From NCBI RefSeq assembly GCF_009914755.1, contig NC_060938.1: a DNA stretch of 64,000 nucleotides. One strand, written 5' to 3'. Source of the DNA: the human T2T-CHM13v2.0 reference genome, Homo sapiens. The notes beneath the pieces were generated by a model that worked only from the letters and a program-made list of their open reading frames with translations, had not been told where the DNA came from and did no database searches. The translations under genes were made by a program, and so were the position numbers. This document shows positions 1-15,930 of this stretch, piece after piece; position 1 is the stretch's first letter, and every line of letters begins with the position of its first letter.

Positions 1-584
1 CCTAATTTTGTGTATATACATAGTTAAGTAATGCTTTTATATAATTAATTCAAGTTAACACCAGAACTTTATTTTCTTTAGGGGAAATCTCTTCATTGCT
101 CATCTTGAGAAACACTGGGAGTCATCACTGACTACTTCCTCTAACCCTCACCTCCTAACCTTCCATCCTCAGGAGATAAACAATCACCAAGTCATGTTGA
201 TTGAGCATCATAAATATTTCTTCTTCTCCACTCCATCTTCACTACCTCCACCTTAGTTGAGTCTCTTCAATGGTTTTTCATCAGAAGATCTATCTACAAG
301 ATCAGATCCAAGCTCCTTCATATTGGGTCTCTGTACTCTGTGTTCTGATCTTCACTTGCCACAAGTGTGTCATTGCACAGCAAGCTGTCTCTGTTTTTTT
401 CTCATAAATGCATGAGTTTCATAAAAATGCATGGCCCCCAACACAACTGTCATAAACACAGATGCATACATGGGCAATGAAATATGATGGCAGAACTTAG
501 TTGTGAAGTGGTCAGCCTGATGACCTAGAATATACCTGCATCACATTTTTAAAATTATCATCAAAATAAGAAACACAACATTTT

Positions 585-807
585 GGCCAGGCGCAGTGGC
601 TCATGCCTGTAATCCCAGCACTTTGGGAGGCCAAGGTGGGCGGATCACAAGGTCAGGAGTTCAAGACCAGCCTGGCCAATATAGTGAAACCCCATCTCTA
701 CTAAAAATACAAAAATTAGCCGGACGTGGTGGCAGGCACCTGTAGTCCCAGCTACTCGGGAGGCTAAGGCAGGAGAATCGCTTGAACTCGGGAAGCAGAG
801 ATTGCAG
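585..807 (+). mobile_element. AluS, 3'-truncated
   Basis: GGCCAGGCGCAGTGGCTCA start; stops at GAGATTGCAG with no tail. Confidence 0.9.
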
Positions 808-1334
808 GTTTTAAAATTCTCACAGGTAACTCATGAACAATGCCCTCTGCCCTTCTGAGTAAATCCTAAGCAAATGCATGGCACAGTACTCTCAACCCAG
901 GCTGCACCCATGAAGAGGAGATCCTCAGTTAAAAGTTCTAATGGCCAATAATACTGGCTACTAGGCAATTATTCGAGAGGATTTAACCCAAAAATAGGAG
1001 CATTAAATCAAGAAACTATACAGGCTAAGGAAGAGGTATTATTAAGCAGAACAAGCTAAGATGTTTTATTAATCTTAAAGTCTTGACGATAATTATAAGG
1101 AGGTCAATAACTCAAAGTATTCGATGTGCTGCCTTTGCCCATTCTCTGCCAGAGTGCCCCAACTTGTTAACCTACACAATTGTTTCAGAATGCCACTGTT
1201 ATTCCTACATGCTGCTGATAGAATGTAGTCCTTCAAATCTATAACAGTTAGGTAATCTGCTTTTTTAAAGGAAAGTGCCAAATCTATTGGTGTGTTGATA
1301 ATTTGGTAATGAGATAAGTTGCTGAACAAGATAG

Positions 1335-1570
1335 ATTCATTCATTCGTTCATCAAATATTCATCAAGTGACAATTACATGGCACTGGGAACGCAATAGTG
1401 AACAAGAAAAAGTCCCTGCCATCATTGCATGTACATTCAATGGTGACAGATGGTTTAATAAATAAGCAAATTTAATAAATCAGCAAATAAATAAGGAAAT
1501 AAGATCCAATGTAAAAAGTACTATAGAAAAAATAAGCCAGGGTAAAAAAAAAGAGAGCAACTGGAGGTGG
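1335..1570 (-). mobile_element. L2 3' end fragment
   Basis: ATTCATTCATTC...CAAATATT...GTGAACAAGA...GTCCCTGCC pattern. Confidence 0.6.
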
Positions 1571-1702
1571 TTATTTTTGCTAGTCATTTCTAGGGATTTT
1601 CAGATCAATAGGCACTTTTCCTCTTTGCATCTAGGGGTCTGTACTAAAAATTTCAAGCTTCCTTTCCTAACTGCCATCCAGATGTTAAGAGATTGAGGCT
1701 CA

Positions 1703-2045
<343 letters not shown>

Positions 2046-2532
2046 TCAGACCACATGAAAATGATTGACAAATATTTCAGTTCTGCAGGGTTACTGAAAA
2101 CAAACAAAACAATTCCAGGCACCTGTTATTTAAACAGAAAGAAACTCAAAGACTCTTTTGTTTTATTCATATTAAAAAGCTTCTCGTTACAACAGGTCTA
2201 CCATGCCAATTAAACAAAATATGGTCTCAACTATGGGGGTCACATCTCATCAACAGTGGTTGAAATTTGAGGATCCAGCCTGTGGGATATGATCAAAAGT
2301 CATCTGAGTGTGATGAGACATTCAGCTCTAACATCTCTAACCCTGGCAGCTCCAACTCTTTCCAGGACACCAACAAACTCCCCAGGTGTAGCAGATGCCA
2401 CGTGGTCAACACAGCCTCTTAAAGTCCTTCCAGTGGAATGTTGCTAGGTTCTGGCTGCTTATGAACTGATTAGAGTTCCTCTAATTTATAGTTTTGTACC
2501 TCTTGAAAACCCTTATTAACAGTAGGCATTTT

Positions 2533-2845
<313 letters not shown>

Positions 2846-2923
2846 TTAAGGGCTACTCAGGGGTAATAAAAATATCCGGTTAGAAGATTTGAACTAATAT
2901 CTATGAAACTTATATATCTAAAG

Positions 2924-3103
2924 CAGTGTTTCTCAAAGTTTGGCCTCCAAACCAGCAGCATAGTACCACCTGAGAACTTGTTAGAAAAGCAAATTATAAG
3001 ACCCCACCCCACACATACTGAATCAGAAATTATGGGGGTGAGGCCCAGCAATCTGTATTCAACAAGGTTATTCTGACGCACACTAAAGTTTGAGAGCCCA
3101 CTG
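2924..3103 (+). mobile_element. MER5A (hAT-Charlie MITE)
   Basis: CAGTGTTTCTCAAAGT...ACTGAATCAGAAA...AGTTTGAGAGCCCACTG, with terminal inverted repeats. Confidence 0.8.
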
Positions 3104-5867
3104 ATCAAAGGCATCCTAAAAAGACACTGTCAATATTATGAAGGAGAAGCATAGTAGTAAACAGTCTGATGGATAATGCACCTAAAAATTCCAAGAACAT
3201 GGCAAGCTGATGGAAAAAGCAAATCATTTAACTTTGGTTTTTTCCTTTTCTAAGAATTGGGTGCTGGTAACACATGGAACCATTTAGTTCTCTGGTTTAA
3301 GAAGCTGGCCAGAATCTGGGTCCAGATCTGGACAGAAGACAGGGATGTTGGAGAGGCCAAAGAAGAAACTATAAAAGTTCCATAACACCAGCAGATCTTA
3401 ATATTTTATGGTAGAACTGGGCATTTTCATGCTCCACCCCATACCATGGCACATTAAAAACATGCCCTTCTGCTTTAAGCACAATCCCACCCTGCTTGTA
3501 AATTATTTTTTTGACCCTAAATATGGCACACATTTAAAAAGACATCATTGCAGTTTATGGATCTGTGTTTTTTTGCAAATGCAGGGGCCATTAATTGCAT
3601 TCACAGCTGTGGTCTTCCCCATGCTATATGCATTAGGCTGCCAGTAATGCATTCTCTGTGAGAGCCAAGAAGAAAAGCCTCCTGTGTCCCTCTTATGGAG
3701 TGGCTTCCTTAAGCTCTCAGGCCCAAGCAGCACAGAAATCTAGCCCCTTGATATTTTGTCAATAAAAATGGGAAAAAAAACCTAACAAATAAAAAATAAG
3801 AAATTACATTCTCCAAAATAACTGTCATTACCAACTAAAATAGATGATGCACTTGGAAGAGAAATACAGAACTTACAATCAAGCAAACTTGTGGCCCCAA
3901 TTTCCAAACCCTGGACTAAACTACAAGAAAAGTCCCTTTCCAGGCTAATTTCAAAGATGAATAAAGAACTGGATTCAACAGCCTCAGGGACTTGAGAACT
4001 CAAATGGCAGGCAAAATGATAAAGACAATGAAATTCATCTTTGGTGCTCCATCTTACCCCCATTTCTGTAACCCTCTCCCACCTCCAGGTAACCCTTCCT
4101 CAACACCCACATCCAATCTGTCAAATTACTTCACCTGTGCAATGTCTCACTCATCACCTTGACCCAAATGTCTAAGGCTGTGTAAAAACAGCATTGTCAG
4201 ATTTCATAAATGTGCAATGATGACTCAAACTGAAAAGAGACATTCTGTCACAAGGAAAACAGAGCTTGTCAAATAAACTCATATTAAGATTAGGTAGCTC
4301 TCAAATTACAGGTTAGAGAGCTTTATTTTTAGACATAAGTTTTATATTTTGTATTTTATCTCAAAAACTAAATTTTAATAAATGGTACTTCATTTTAAAA
4401 ACCAGGATTAATATTCATCATGAATCCATTAAAATGTATATTTGTCAATAATTAAGACCATTTCTGTTCTTCAAGAATTTTCACTTTTGGACTCTATTCT
4501 ACTTTCTCTTGAGATTGAATAGCTTTTTTTTTTTTTTTTTTTGCCCGTAAAACACTTCATTCTTTTGCCATGTCCAAAATAAACCAATGTATATGTCTTT
4601 TACATTCAAATACCAGTCACTTAGGAGTTGGTAAAATTTGGTGCACTGCCTTCAGTAAAGTCAGAGAGGTTCTCAACAATGCTTAAATGTCTATCACTGG
4701 ATAGTCTACTTCTAGGAGTCAAGTTCCCAAGCTTTCTTTGAACTTTGGTTTTCTCTCATCTCTTCTTTTTTCTTTCTCTGTTTCTCCCTGACAGCAAAAG
4801 GTCTAAGGAAAATAAACTAGATGTGAAAATATTTACAGGGTGTAGCTCAGAGAATTTCCACCTTGGACTCCCCACTTGAAGGAAAGTGTGACATTCAGGA
4901 CTTTCATTTCCTGGTTTCATTTTCCCCTTGGCCATGTGTGGAAGGTGCGCTTGGTTTTCTCTTCTTTGTCATCTTGGTGAGGACCGAACAAACCACTCTA
5001 TATGGTAACCTCCATGCTGCCTAAGGAGAAGGAGACGGATCAGCATGTGAGGACACGCTAGAACAGTGTGCCCCCAGCAACCCTGCAGGGAAGAACAGAC
5101 ACTGCAAAGTCAACAGCAGCAACCCAACCTGCCTTGGCTGTCCCTTGTCCCTCAGAATTATACCCTCAGATAAATGTATATAGGGAGGGAGTGAAGCCCC
5201 TTGGACAGAACTCACCCACAGCAAGTCAGTTGATGTGGCCCTGCTCTAGAAGGGAAAGAACCTAGTAGGAGAAACGCCTCCCAGCAATGGGGCTTCCCAG
5301 CCTGCAGTGGAGAGTGGGTGGGGACAGCACGGTGCCCAGTTCTGTCAGTAACTGGTAGTTTTCCATTAGACAACACAAGGCCCTCCCCAAAGCTGCCCAG
5401 TGGTGTTCAATCCAGTATGCCAGAAAAGTAACAGTATTACAATTCAGCTGTTACAAAGGACAACAAGGACAACAGCACAACTTTCTGGGAAGGAAAGACT
5501 CCTTTATGGAGAAAAAAGAGGGAGGTACAAAGACATTAACTCTAAATAAATCAAAGAATCTAGGAGGAACAGTTCAGGAAATTTGGAATGATAACTAGAA
5601 AACTAAGAACTATGAAAGAATAGGAAACTATACAAGATATGCTGTAATTACGACTTTTTAAAAGAGAAGGCTAAGAAACGAATGAGTATGTTTAGGTCTT
5701 TGAGAGCTATTTTACAATTCATTGAAAAAATTAAGAAGGCATAGGTAAAGAATGAAAGGTTTAGGAGGTTATATAGTGAAAAGAACTTACAATGCATGTT
5801 GATACACATCAAAAAGAGTTATGGAGTAGTTGTGGAGTTTAATTATTTGGAGAAGTATAAAAAGTAG

Positions 5868-6505
<638 letters not shown>

Positions 6506-8016
6506 CAGAAAAAGTGGATTTTAAAAATCAATTTTGTATGGCTGTTTGTCTAGCACTTTATAGTTGTCTGTCCTGACTACTTTGTAGGGTTGTTACAAGT
6601 CTCAAATAAGATAATATACCTGGACCAGGTTGGAAAAGAGCTCCTCTAGTTCTTTCCATTCAGCAGAATTTGTTGAATGAATGCTCCCCACACTCAACTA
6701 GGTTATAACTGGCATCTAGTCTAACCTCCATGACAACTCTGTGAGGTTGGTAGGAGACATCATAGTATTCTGTTTCACACTAAGGCTCACAGAAGCCAAG
6801 GGGTTGTCCTGTGTCACAGTCCTAGGTCACCTCTGAGATGGTGTGAAGCATAAACTCCCTGTAAAAGAATTTTTGAAAGTTATTACTGCTGGTTCCCACT
6901 TCAGAAAGTTCATTCACAATATACTTCCTTATAATAAGGTTGGGTAAGGAAAGAAACCTAACTCTTATCTAGTCCATTCACTAGGAAGAATGGGTATATC
7001 CTGTGACATCTTCCTAGCTTCTGAGAATCTGGGCACTTGTTAGATTTGGGAATCAGTGCTCAAGTGTTTTCCTAGAACCACTCTCAACCAACAGAGCTGA
7101 TAATGAAAACACAGTGTGTTGCATTGATCACACTGAAACAAAAACTGCCTTTCACCACGACAGATAGTTGAAATGAAGTATTTTCTGAATAAATATTTTT
7201 GGTTTGCTAAGTCACAGTCAGCTTTCATATTATGCATCAAAACAGAAAGCCTCTTCCAAGTTTTTTTTTAAATTGCAGCTATTTTGTAAACAAAACATTA
7301 AGCAAGCATGAACTTGAATATCTCAGAACATCAGACCTGGGACCAAGCTTTGATGATTGATTCTAAATCCATTTGTTATAATTAATAAAAGTAATATCAA
7401 TGATATAACTAGAATTTCTTGAATAATAGTTAACTCTAGATTATTCAGCTTTTGATTATTTGGGCTGTAAGCAACTTCCACCCAAGACCATGGAAGACAG
7501 CAAAGAAAACCAAAGTTATTTAATCATTCAAGTAGATCGCATCAACAGCTCTGGGTAAAAATGCAGGAAGAGTAAAGGAAGCAGATAGTGGAGGAAAGGT
7601 GCTGACATTGCTATGGACCAGACATTTAAATCCACTTAATCTGCATTAGTTTGCAAGATAGATTATTTTACTCTTGTTTTAGTGAAATGGAAACTGATTC
7701 ACTGCAAAATTAAGTGACATGTCCAAGATCATAAATAAGAGAGGAAGCCAAGATTTGAATCCAGATATCTCAAATTTCCAAAGTTCGAATGACCAGAGTG
7801 CATAAGCTTGCACCTACCTACTTCTCCCAGTTTATTTTCCTCCTCCTCACTCACATACTCCAGCTTCAGTTACTATAGCAGAATAAGTTCTTTCCTTCAG
7901 GATAAGTAACCTCGTTTTCTTTTGCTGAGAAAACTCTTATTCCCACTCTACCTAGCTGGCTTTTTCTCATCTTTCAGTTTTCAGCATAAACATCATTCCT
8001 TCAGAAAGTGGTGCCT

Positions 8017-8740
8017 TGCATTAGGCTGTTGGTGCATTGCTATAACGGAATACTTGAGATCGGGTGATTTATAAGAATAGAGGGCTGGGCGCGGTGGCTC
8101 ACGCCTGTAATCCCAGCACTTTGGGAGGCCAAGATGGGTGGATCAGGAGGTCAGGAGATCGAGACCATCCTGGCTAACACGGTGAAACCCCGTCTCTACT
8201 AAAAATACAAAAAATTATCTGGGCGTGGTGGCGGGCGCCTATAGTCCCAGCTACTTGGGAGGCTGAGGCAGGAGAATGGCGTGAACCCCGGGGGGCGGAG
8301 CTTGCAGTGAGCCGAGATTGCGCCACTGCACTCCAGCCTGGGTGACAGAGCGAGAATCCGTCTCAAAAAAAAAAAAAAAAAAAGAATAGAGGTTTAATTG
8401 GCTCACGATTCTACAGGCTGTACAGGGAGTATAGTGCCAACATCTGCTTCGTTTCTGGGGAGGCCTTAGGAAGCTTACAATCGTGGTAGAAGGTGAAGCG
8501 GGAGCAGACACTTTACGTGGTGAAAGCAAGAGCAAGACAGGGGAGGTGCCACACACTTTTAAAACAACCACATCTCATGAGAACTCACTCTCTCGAGGAC
8601 AGCAGCAAGAGTATGGTGCTAAACCATTCATAAGAAATCTACCCTCATAATCCAATCACTTCCCACCAGACCGCACCTCCAATACTGGGGATTATAATTC
8701 CAGATGAGACTTAGGCAGGGATGAATATCCAACTATATCA
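8017..8740 (-). mobile_element. MaLR solo LTR (MST-type) interrupted by an Alu
   Basis: TG...CA termini; TTTAATTGGCTCAC, GGAAGCTTACAATC and GAGAACTCACTC motifs; 5-bp TSD TGCCT/TGCCC. Confidence 0.8.
8083..8381 (+). mobile_element. AluY inside the MaLR LTR
   Basis: CpG-rich; GAGACCATCCTGGCTAACAC and GGAGCTTGCAG; TSD AAGAATAGAG. Confidence 0.95.
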
Positions 8741-10263
8741 TGCCCCAGTCCAAAACACGCCCCCCGGTGTATGTCTTCACAGCACTGAGTTATTTTCCTT
8801 TTCGTTCCGTCATGTTTCATAATTATATATTTAATTGTGTTTCCTCCCCAACTAAACTACAAGCTTCAGGAGTATGGTGATCACATTTGTTTGTTCTTTA
8901 TTTGATATCTGGGACTAGCATAGTGCCCAACAGGTAGACTGCATTCAATAAATATTTTTGAATAATTGAGAAAAGTGAGATATGGAAATTGTCTAAAAAT
9001 ATCCATTACCTAAGATGCCCCCAATTCTAGTTTATCTAATAAGGTTAAGTTAGCCAAGGTGGCAGAGGACTGTCTCTTCAGGCCTTATTGGTATGTCAAA
9101 ATGAGATATTGGCAACGAGAAAGGAGACTATTACTCACTTTCTCTTAAAGCCGCTAATCAAGATACACATGAGAAGGTCATGGAAAACCTTAGGGTCCTG
9201 AAGCCCCTCACCCTGCTAGGAAACCAGCATTGTCTTGGTGAGCATTACTGTCACAGTCATCACAGTGTGTCTGTTCTGTGTTATCAAAAGTCTGGTGAAA
9301 CTATGTGCCAGTCTCATTATCAACTCTTGGATATTAATGACTACAAAGTAATCCTGGTTAATCTTTTCAGGTCTGTTATTTAATGTTGTTCCTGACTTTA
9401 ATTGTGGGCTTTAACTTACAACAAAATTTGCTTAGATAACTTCCCCGGGGGTGAAACGTTAATGCATTCTAGTTAAGCAAAGATTGAACTGCAGGTTAAA
9501 ATACTTCAGTTCTCATTCAGTTCTGCTACCACCCAGTTATGTGCACTTGGAGGGCAAATAATTTTAACTCCTCTAATTTAACTGTTTTTACTTTCCCATT
9601 TGTAAAATTGTGATAACCACTTTGACAGACCTACAGCTGGTCTGAGGGCTTGATCCTCAGACATCCTCAAAGACATCCAGGTGACTGACCCTTGTGCTAA
9701 TTCTGCAGCCCTAAGATCAGAAAAGGATGTGGACCAGACTGTGCTAGCCTGGGGAGAATGAAGGTGTTAAAAGATGGTTTGCTGATGCCTGGGTGCATGG
9801 TATTATCCACTCTCCATGGTCATATTGTGTAACATCAAGATTGACGAGGTGCTGCCTGGCATAGATCTGATCATAAAGATGCAGGTGGGCTTTGGAGGCA
9901 GTGGGGACATTTTGCCCACTGATCAGTGAAACTTTCCAGAAGTTCCAATGTGATCCTCACTCAATCAGACTTAATTATACACAATGATGTTGAAGCCCTT
10001 TTGGGGCACCCAGATGTTTATACATTGTGTCTGTTATTGGAGACATTGCTGATCTCTCTACTGTATATGCTGATAGTGCCCTTTCATTTGTGTGCTTTAG
10101 ATAAATACATATCCACTTATTTCCCAGGTAGTATCTGTGTCTGGCCTCTATACTGGTCAGAACTCACTGTTGACACTTAACAGTATGATGGTAGCATAGC
10201 AAATGTGCTTTGAAGAAATAAAAAGTATTCCACAGATATGAATTATCATCACCAACTGCTTAG

Positions 10264-10476
<213 letters not shown>

Positions 10477-10509
10477 AAAATTAACTTAAAACTCTATATT
10501 CATCAGAAC

Positions 10510-10920
10510 ATTTTATGATGAAAATAACAGAAAATTGAATTCAAACCGGCTTAAATAATAGTGAGAATTCACCGGTTTTTGTAACTGAAAAGTCTCGGTA
10601 AGGTAAGTGTCAGGCATTGTTCACTGACGGCTCTGGCTCACTTCTCTGCAATTCTCTTCACTCTGTCCTGCTCCATATGTTGGCTTACCCTCACGCTGGC
10701 ATCCTCATTGCTGCAAGATGGCTGCCAGCAGCTACCAGGGCTATGCAATTTCTCCTTTAAATCCAGGGAAGAGAAAATGTGACTTCTCACAGTGAACAAG
10801 AGTTCTCAGCTTTGGAGACCATTGAACTATGTGATAGAGTGTAGAACTGGAGAGACTGAATGGAGAGATGTTTCATAACAGGAAAGGGGGAAATGAATGT
10901 TGCAAAGACAACCACAATGT
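10510..10920. mobile_element. Old ERVL/MaLR-type LTR fragment (LTR33/MLT1-like)
   Basis: AACAGAAA...TCAAACCGGCTTAAA...GTAACTGAAAAGTC and CAAGATGGCTGCCAGCAGCT motifs. Confidence 0.5.
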
Positions 10921-12022
10921 CCACCATGGTGGCACAATATATGCTTAGTGAATGACAGTGCATTCCAAAGTTGTTGTTTCAAGAAAATAAAATATCTATG
11001 AAGACATATTGAATTCTGAGGTTTCTAGGATCCTAATAAGCCCAGATGGCAGGGCACAACTGTGGTGAAGGGGCTAGCAGAGACCCTCTGAATACTCAAC
11101 AGAAATCCCAAAGTGTAAGTCTGCCCAAGAGGGATCTCCACTGTCCCCTGGGGGCACCTTGGAGTTTGAGCACACCCTGGGTACTCCAGATGTGAGAATC
11201 AAGACGTAGTTCTTCCCTCCAATTCCGACAGCTCTGGAATCAAATGGAGAAGCAGAAGAACAATCTGCCACTGCTGGGCAAATTTTAAATGGTGAAAAAT
11301 TCCTCTCCCTACTTTTCCAAGAAAATCTACAAACACTCCGTCGGTACCACTGAAAAACCAAAAGAAACACTGACACACATGGGTCTTTACTTAGAAAGTA
11401 AAAAGCCCCAAAGCAAAACATCTTCAGATTATTTCCTTAATAAAGCACTGGGTTGGATGTTGGGGCTCCTTTAAGTGTAAAGAATTGAAATCTACACAAG
11501 GTTCTTCAGCAAGAAAAGGGAAATTATTGGATGAATACTAAGTATCTCACCAGCAGAAGTATAGCCAGCCTCAGGAGGGACCGGATTCACTTGTCCACGA
11601 AGTGAATGCCCAGCGGCTTTAGTCTTCCCTCTGTCAAGGCTAGCTTTCCTGGCTTAATTTGTTTGTTCAAGAGCCAAACAAATGCTGAGTAGTTCCTATA
11701 TGCCGATTTCAAATTCCTGGAAAAGCCTGCCTCTAGGGCCAGATGTCCATTCCTCAGCCAGTCAGCTAGGGCCGGGCGCAATCATTAGGTTGGTCTGCTG
11801 CACTCTCGGGAGGGTTGTTCAGCAGTCTCTGAGAGGAGGAGTGTGCAGGAAGGTCAAAATGACCAGTGTGCCTGTGGTAGACTTGTCAGTTTTTCCCTCA
11901 CCTATCAAGTGCAGTCAGTATTACATAACTTCATAAAAACATCACAGACACAGAAACCAGTAGAGGAACATGGCCTTGGTCTGGACAACCAGTCTCTCAG
12001 CTTGACCTTATTCAAACTTTTT

Positions 12023-12466
<444 letters not shown>

Positions 12467-12588
12467 TTAAATATTACAATGATGTTATTTATACTCTGCA
12501 CACAATAAAGCACCTCTTCTGAATTCTAACTCAAATCCACTCTTTCTGTGGAAATACTTGTGAGTTCAAGGATCATCAGTAAAAACAT

Positions 12589-12718
12589 CCATTTTGGATT
12601 AATTCTCCTAGGTGGATATAGATCCTTTGTCTACCATGTAACATAAGCGGTCATAAATGGTCAAAACTGCCATTTTGGATTAATTCTCCTAGGTAAATAC
12701 AGATCTTATGTCTACCAT
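12589..12718. repeat. Local direct repeat, 2 x 49 bp
   Basis: 12589-12637 vs 12670-12718, 44/49 identical, 32-nt spacer. Confidence 0.9.
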
Positions 12719-13953
12719 TTGCAGTAGATGTATCACAAATTACATGGTGATATAGCATACACAAAGCAGGCACTGGAGAGGAGAGCTACAAAGATTAAAG
12801 AAAGGCAGAAAAATAGAAACAAAACAAAACAAAAAAACCAGCAAAGACAAAGTAAAAACAGGAAGGAAACCTCACCCTCAAGAAGACAAAAATAGGTAAG
12901 TTAACAATAGTCTGCAATTATATGTATTCCCTGTTCACAAAGGACAAAAAGAGTGAAAACAGGCTGCAAATGAGGAATTTGGCTTACGTATAAGAGAAAA
13001 TTTTCTGGGAATGAGGGCTGCTAAGCATCCTCTACTAACAAAAGTATTCAGTTACTCCTTCCTATGCAGCAGATGATGTATTCATTGACAGCAGGATTTT
13101 GTTGTATTCATCCTTGTTTCTACACCGTCCAGCATGGCACCTGCCCCTGTAGCCACTCAGTTAATATTGTTGAGGACACAAATGTTCAAAGACTGAGAAG
13201 GAAGCACTACAGGGCAGTCATTCTTGTTCCTTCTCCCATCAAGAAGCCAGTTCCTTGGTACCATGCAAGAAAAGGGGAACATTTCATTTACCCTTCTCTC
13301 TTTTCATACAAAACATACCAAGCATGAGAATGTCCTTGTTTTTCTGGATCTAGAGGTGATCCCCAAATAGCAAATGTCCCTCTACATTATTATCTTTTTA
13401 GAGTAGCTGAATGCAAAAAGCCCATCATCAACCAAAAACCTCCTGCACTTGCTTTATGTCTCATGATCTGTTCACAAAACTCAGGTCCAAATTTGTCAAT
13501 AAACAGCAGTCCTTGCTGCTATGTTCAGGAAAGTGATTGAGCATTCAGGCTGTGTTGTATACTAATAAGTGCCCAGAAACGGACTAGTTCTGATCTTGCC
13601 AGTAACTGGCTATACAGTCTTAGGCACCACACTCAGAATCTCCTGATTTGTTTCTCATCGCAAAATGGGACAATTAACAAGGTGCTCTCAATTCCATCAC
13701 TCCAAGGTCCCAAATGGGGCACCAGGATCTTTAAGAGGTACTGTAATTAGAAAAAAAGTTATTGCTCAGAGGGAAGATAAAAGCAAAAGCAGTATCTCTT
13801 ACATTTGTAACTTCCATATTTTTAGCGACTTCTGCGTCCATTTAAAGTCTAACTAAGTCTTATTCATTGTCTAAGGTGAAATGTTTTTGTCTTTGGGGGA
13901 CTTAACTCCATCTTCTTTATCCCCATTACAATGAGGCAAAAATGGCAACACCA

Positions 13954-14021
13954 CCAGCCTGGGCAATATAGGGAGACCCCCATCTCTACAAAAAATAAAA
14001 TAAAGAAATAAGTAAAAAAGA
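13954..14021 (+). mobile_element. 5'-truncated Alu monomer with TSD
   Basis: CCAGCCTGGGCAATATAGGGAGACCCCATCTCTAC plus A tail; TSD AAAAATGGCAACACCA / AAAAATAGCAACACCA. Confidence 0.8.
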
Positions 14022-14940
14022 AAAATAGCAACACCAAAATGCATTTAAAAAGTAAAAAATAAGAAGTTAACTTCACTATCAAAATGACTTAAAGAAGTCG
14101 ATGAAAAAACAAATAAACACACTAAACAGCAAAATTACAGTCTGTCAAATACAGTAATGTGTGAGGAACACACCATGGTTGAATTAAACTCAATTACTAG
14201 CAGGTCCAAGCAAACAGATGTCACTGAGTATAGAAATGATCATCTCAATTATGCCTCAATCCAAAACAAATTTTTTAGATGGAAGGGAACCATATTGCTC
14301 CAAAGAACAAACAGAAACATCAAAACTTTCTTTAGCTTTTGTAGGAATAAATTCACCTAGCAAATTTTTTTTAATCTTAAACTTCTTCTGCCTAAAGGAT
14401 TCAAAATCAATAGAATAATCTAAAGCAGTCCTTCCTAACTCATTCCCCAAGCTCTAATGCCTTAAGGCATCTATTGTTGGTAATGAACTAATTTCTCTCT
14501 TTTGCATCTAGAGTGGTACTTGTCATGTACCATCCTTGAGAGAACTGAGAAAGTAGCCACTTAAATACTTTTCTGGAAGCCCAGTTCAGGAAGGCCGACT
14601 TAACAAATTCAGTACTCAGCACTTACAATTCACCTCTTCTCAGTAGTTCGTGGTTCTTATAAACCACAAAATATGGCATGCTGACATAAATGGAGTCGGT
14701 GTCTGCCTCTATAGATTTATCAAATAGTCTTATTGAATTTCCTTAAACTTAAAATTATACACGAATGTGTATCTTTGTCATTTAGTTTTTGCTGGATTTT
14801 TTTGTAACTTGTCCGAAACTGGCTGACTTCCATAATAATACCTGAAGCAATGATTATACCAATCAAAAAAAGTAAATTATTTATTTTAAGTATTGTTACT
14901 CTGAAACTGCTTTCATGATGGAAATTAAATTATTGATTCA

Positions 14941-15076
14941 GGCTGGGTACAGTGGCTCATGCCTGTAATCCCAGAGCTTTGCGATGTGGAGATGGGAAGA
15001 TCACTTAAGGCCAGGGGTTCAAGATCAGCCTGGTCAACATAGCAAGACCCAGTCTCTCCAAAAACAAAAACAAAAA
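14941..15076 (+). mobile_element. FLAM / Alu left monomer
   Basis: Single monomer with A-rich tail. Confidence 0.85.
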
Positions 15077-15229
15077 CATATATATATATAACCATTTTAC
15101 AACCAACCCCCAATAAAATAATAGATCAAGGCAATAATTTAGTAATGGTTGAAAGCATCACAAAAGGAAAGATTTTTCAATACCCTCTGATGTTTCAAAA
15201 GTATAAACTGCCACCTATAGAGCCGTCTA

Positions 15230-15930
15230 CACACATGTGAAACAAAATTATTTAAATCTTAACACTATTGAACTGTTTATTCAAAGTTGGGTAAGATGGT
15301 AAATTCAATATTATATGTTTTTTACCACAATTTTTAAAAAATGACCTGAATCTGATCAAACCTCTGTAGCTAACTCCAAATTTATAAGAAATTCAGGGGA
15401 CAGAGAAACATGTTCATTGACACTATGGAGATATAATCAGCAAAATACAGACCATGAAGAAAGTTACAGAAAATGACCTAGATTTTTCAATAAAAACCAA
15501 AGAAAGAAAATTTTTAAAAGAGATGAAGAGAAATCCTATACATATCAAGAGACTTAAGAGAAACATCAATTATAATGCAGACATTATTTGATCTTGATTC
15601 AGCAAAATACCAATTTAATAACAAAATTTATAAGACAATTGAAGTAATATAAACCCTGAGTAGCTATGATACTAAGGAATTAGTAAATTTTAGGTATGAT
15701 AATCGTAATATGGTTATATTTAAAGAGAATCCTTGCCTTGGACAAAAATCTTTAGTGATTAATGATTGTATTGTCTGGAGTTCCTTGAAAACAATCGGGG
15801 TAAGGGCACAAAAGAAACAAAAATGCCATAAACGATCATTGTTTCAAGTTGAGTGATATATAAAAAGGAGTACACTATACTATTTTATCCGCTTTTTGCA
15901 TATGTCTGAAAATTTCCACAACAAAATATT
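15230..15930 (+). mobile_element. Old L1M 3' region fragments
   Basis: A-rich decayed L1 3'-end-like sequence ending CTGAAAATTTCCACAACAAAA. Confidence 0.5.

Noticed and set aside
4960-5850. Possible coding or LTR segment (ORFs 5021-5265)
   Set aside because: No recognisable protein, splice pattern or termini; probably an old LINE remnant that I cannot classify.
12589-12718. Repeat-spacer-repeat resembling a CRISPR unit
   Set aside because: Only two imperfect copies, mammalian context and no cas genes.
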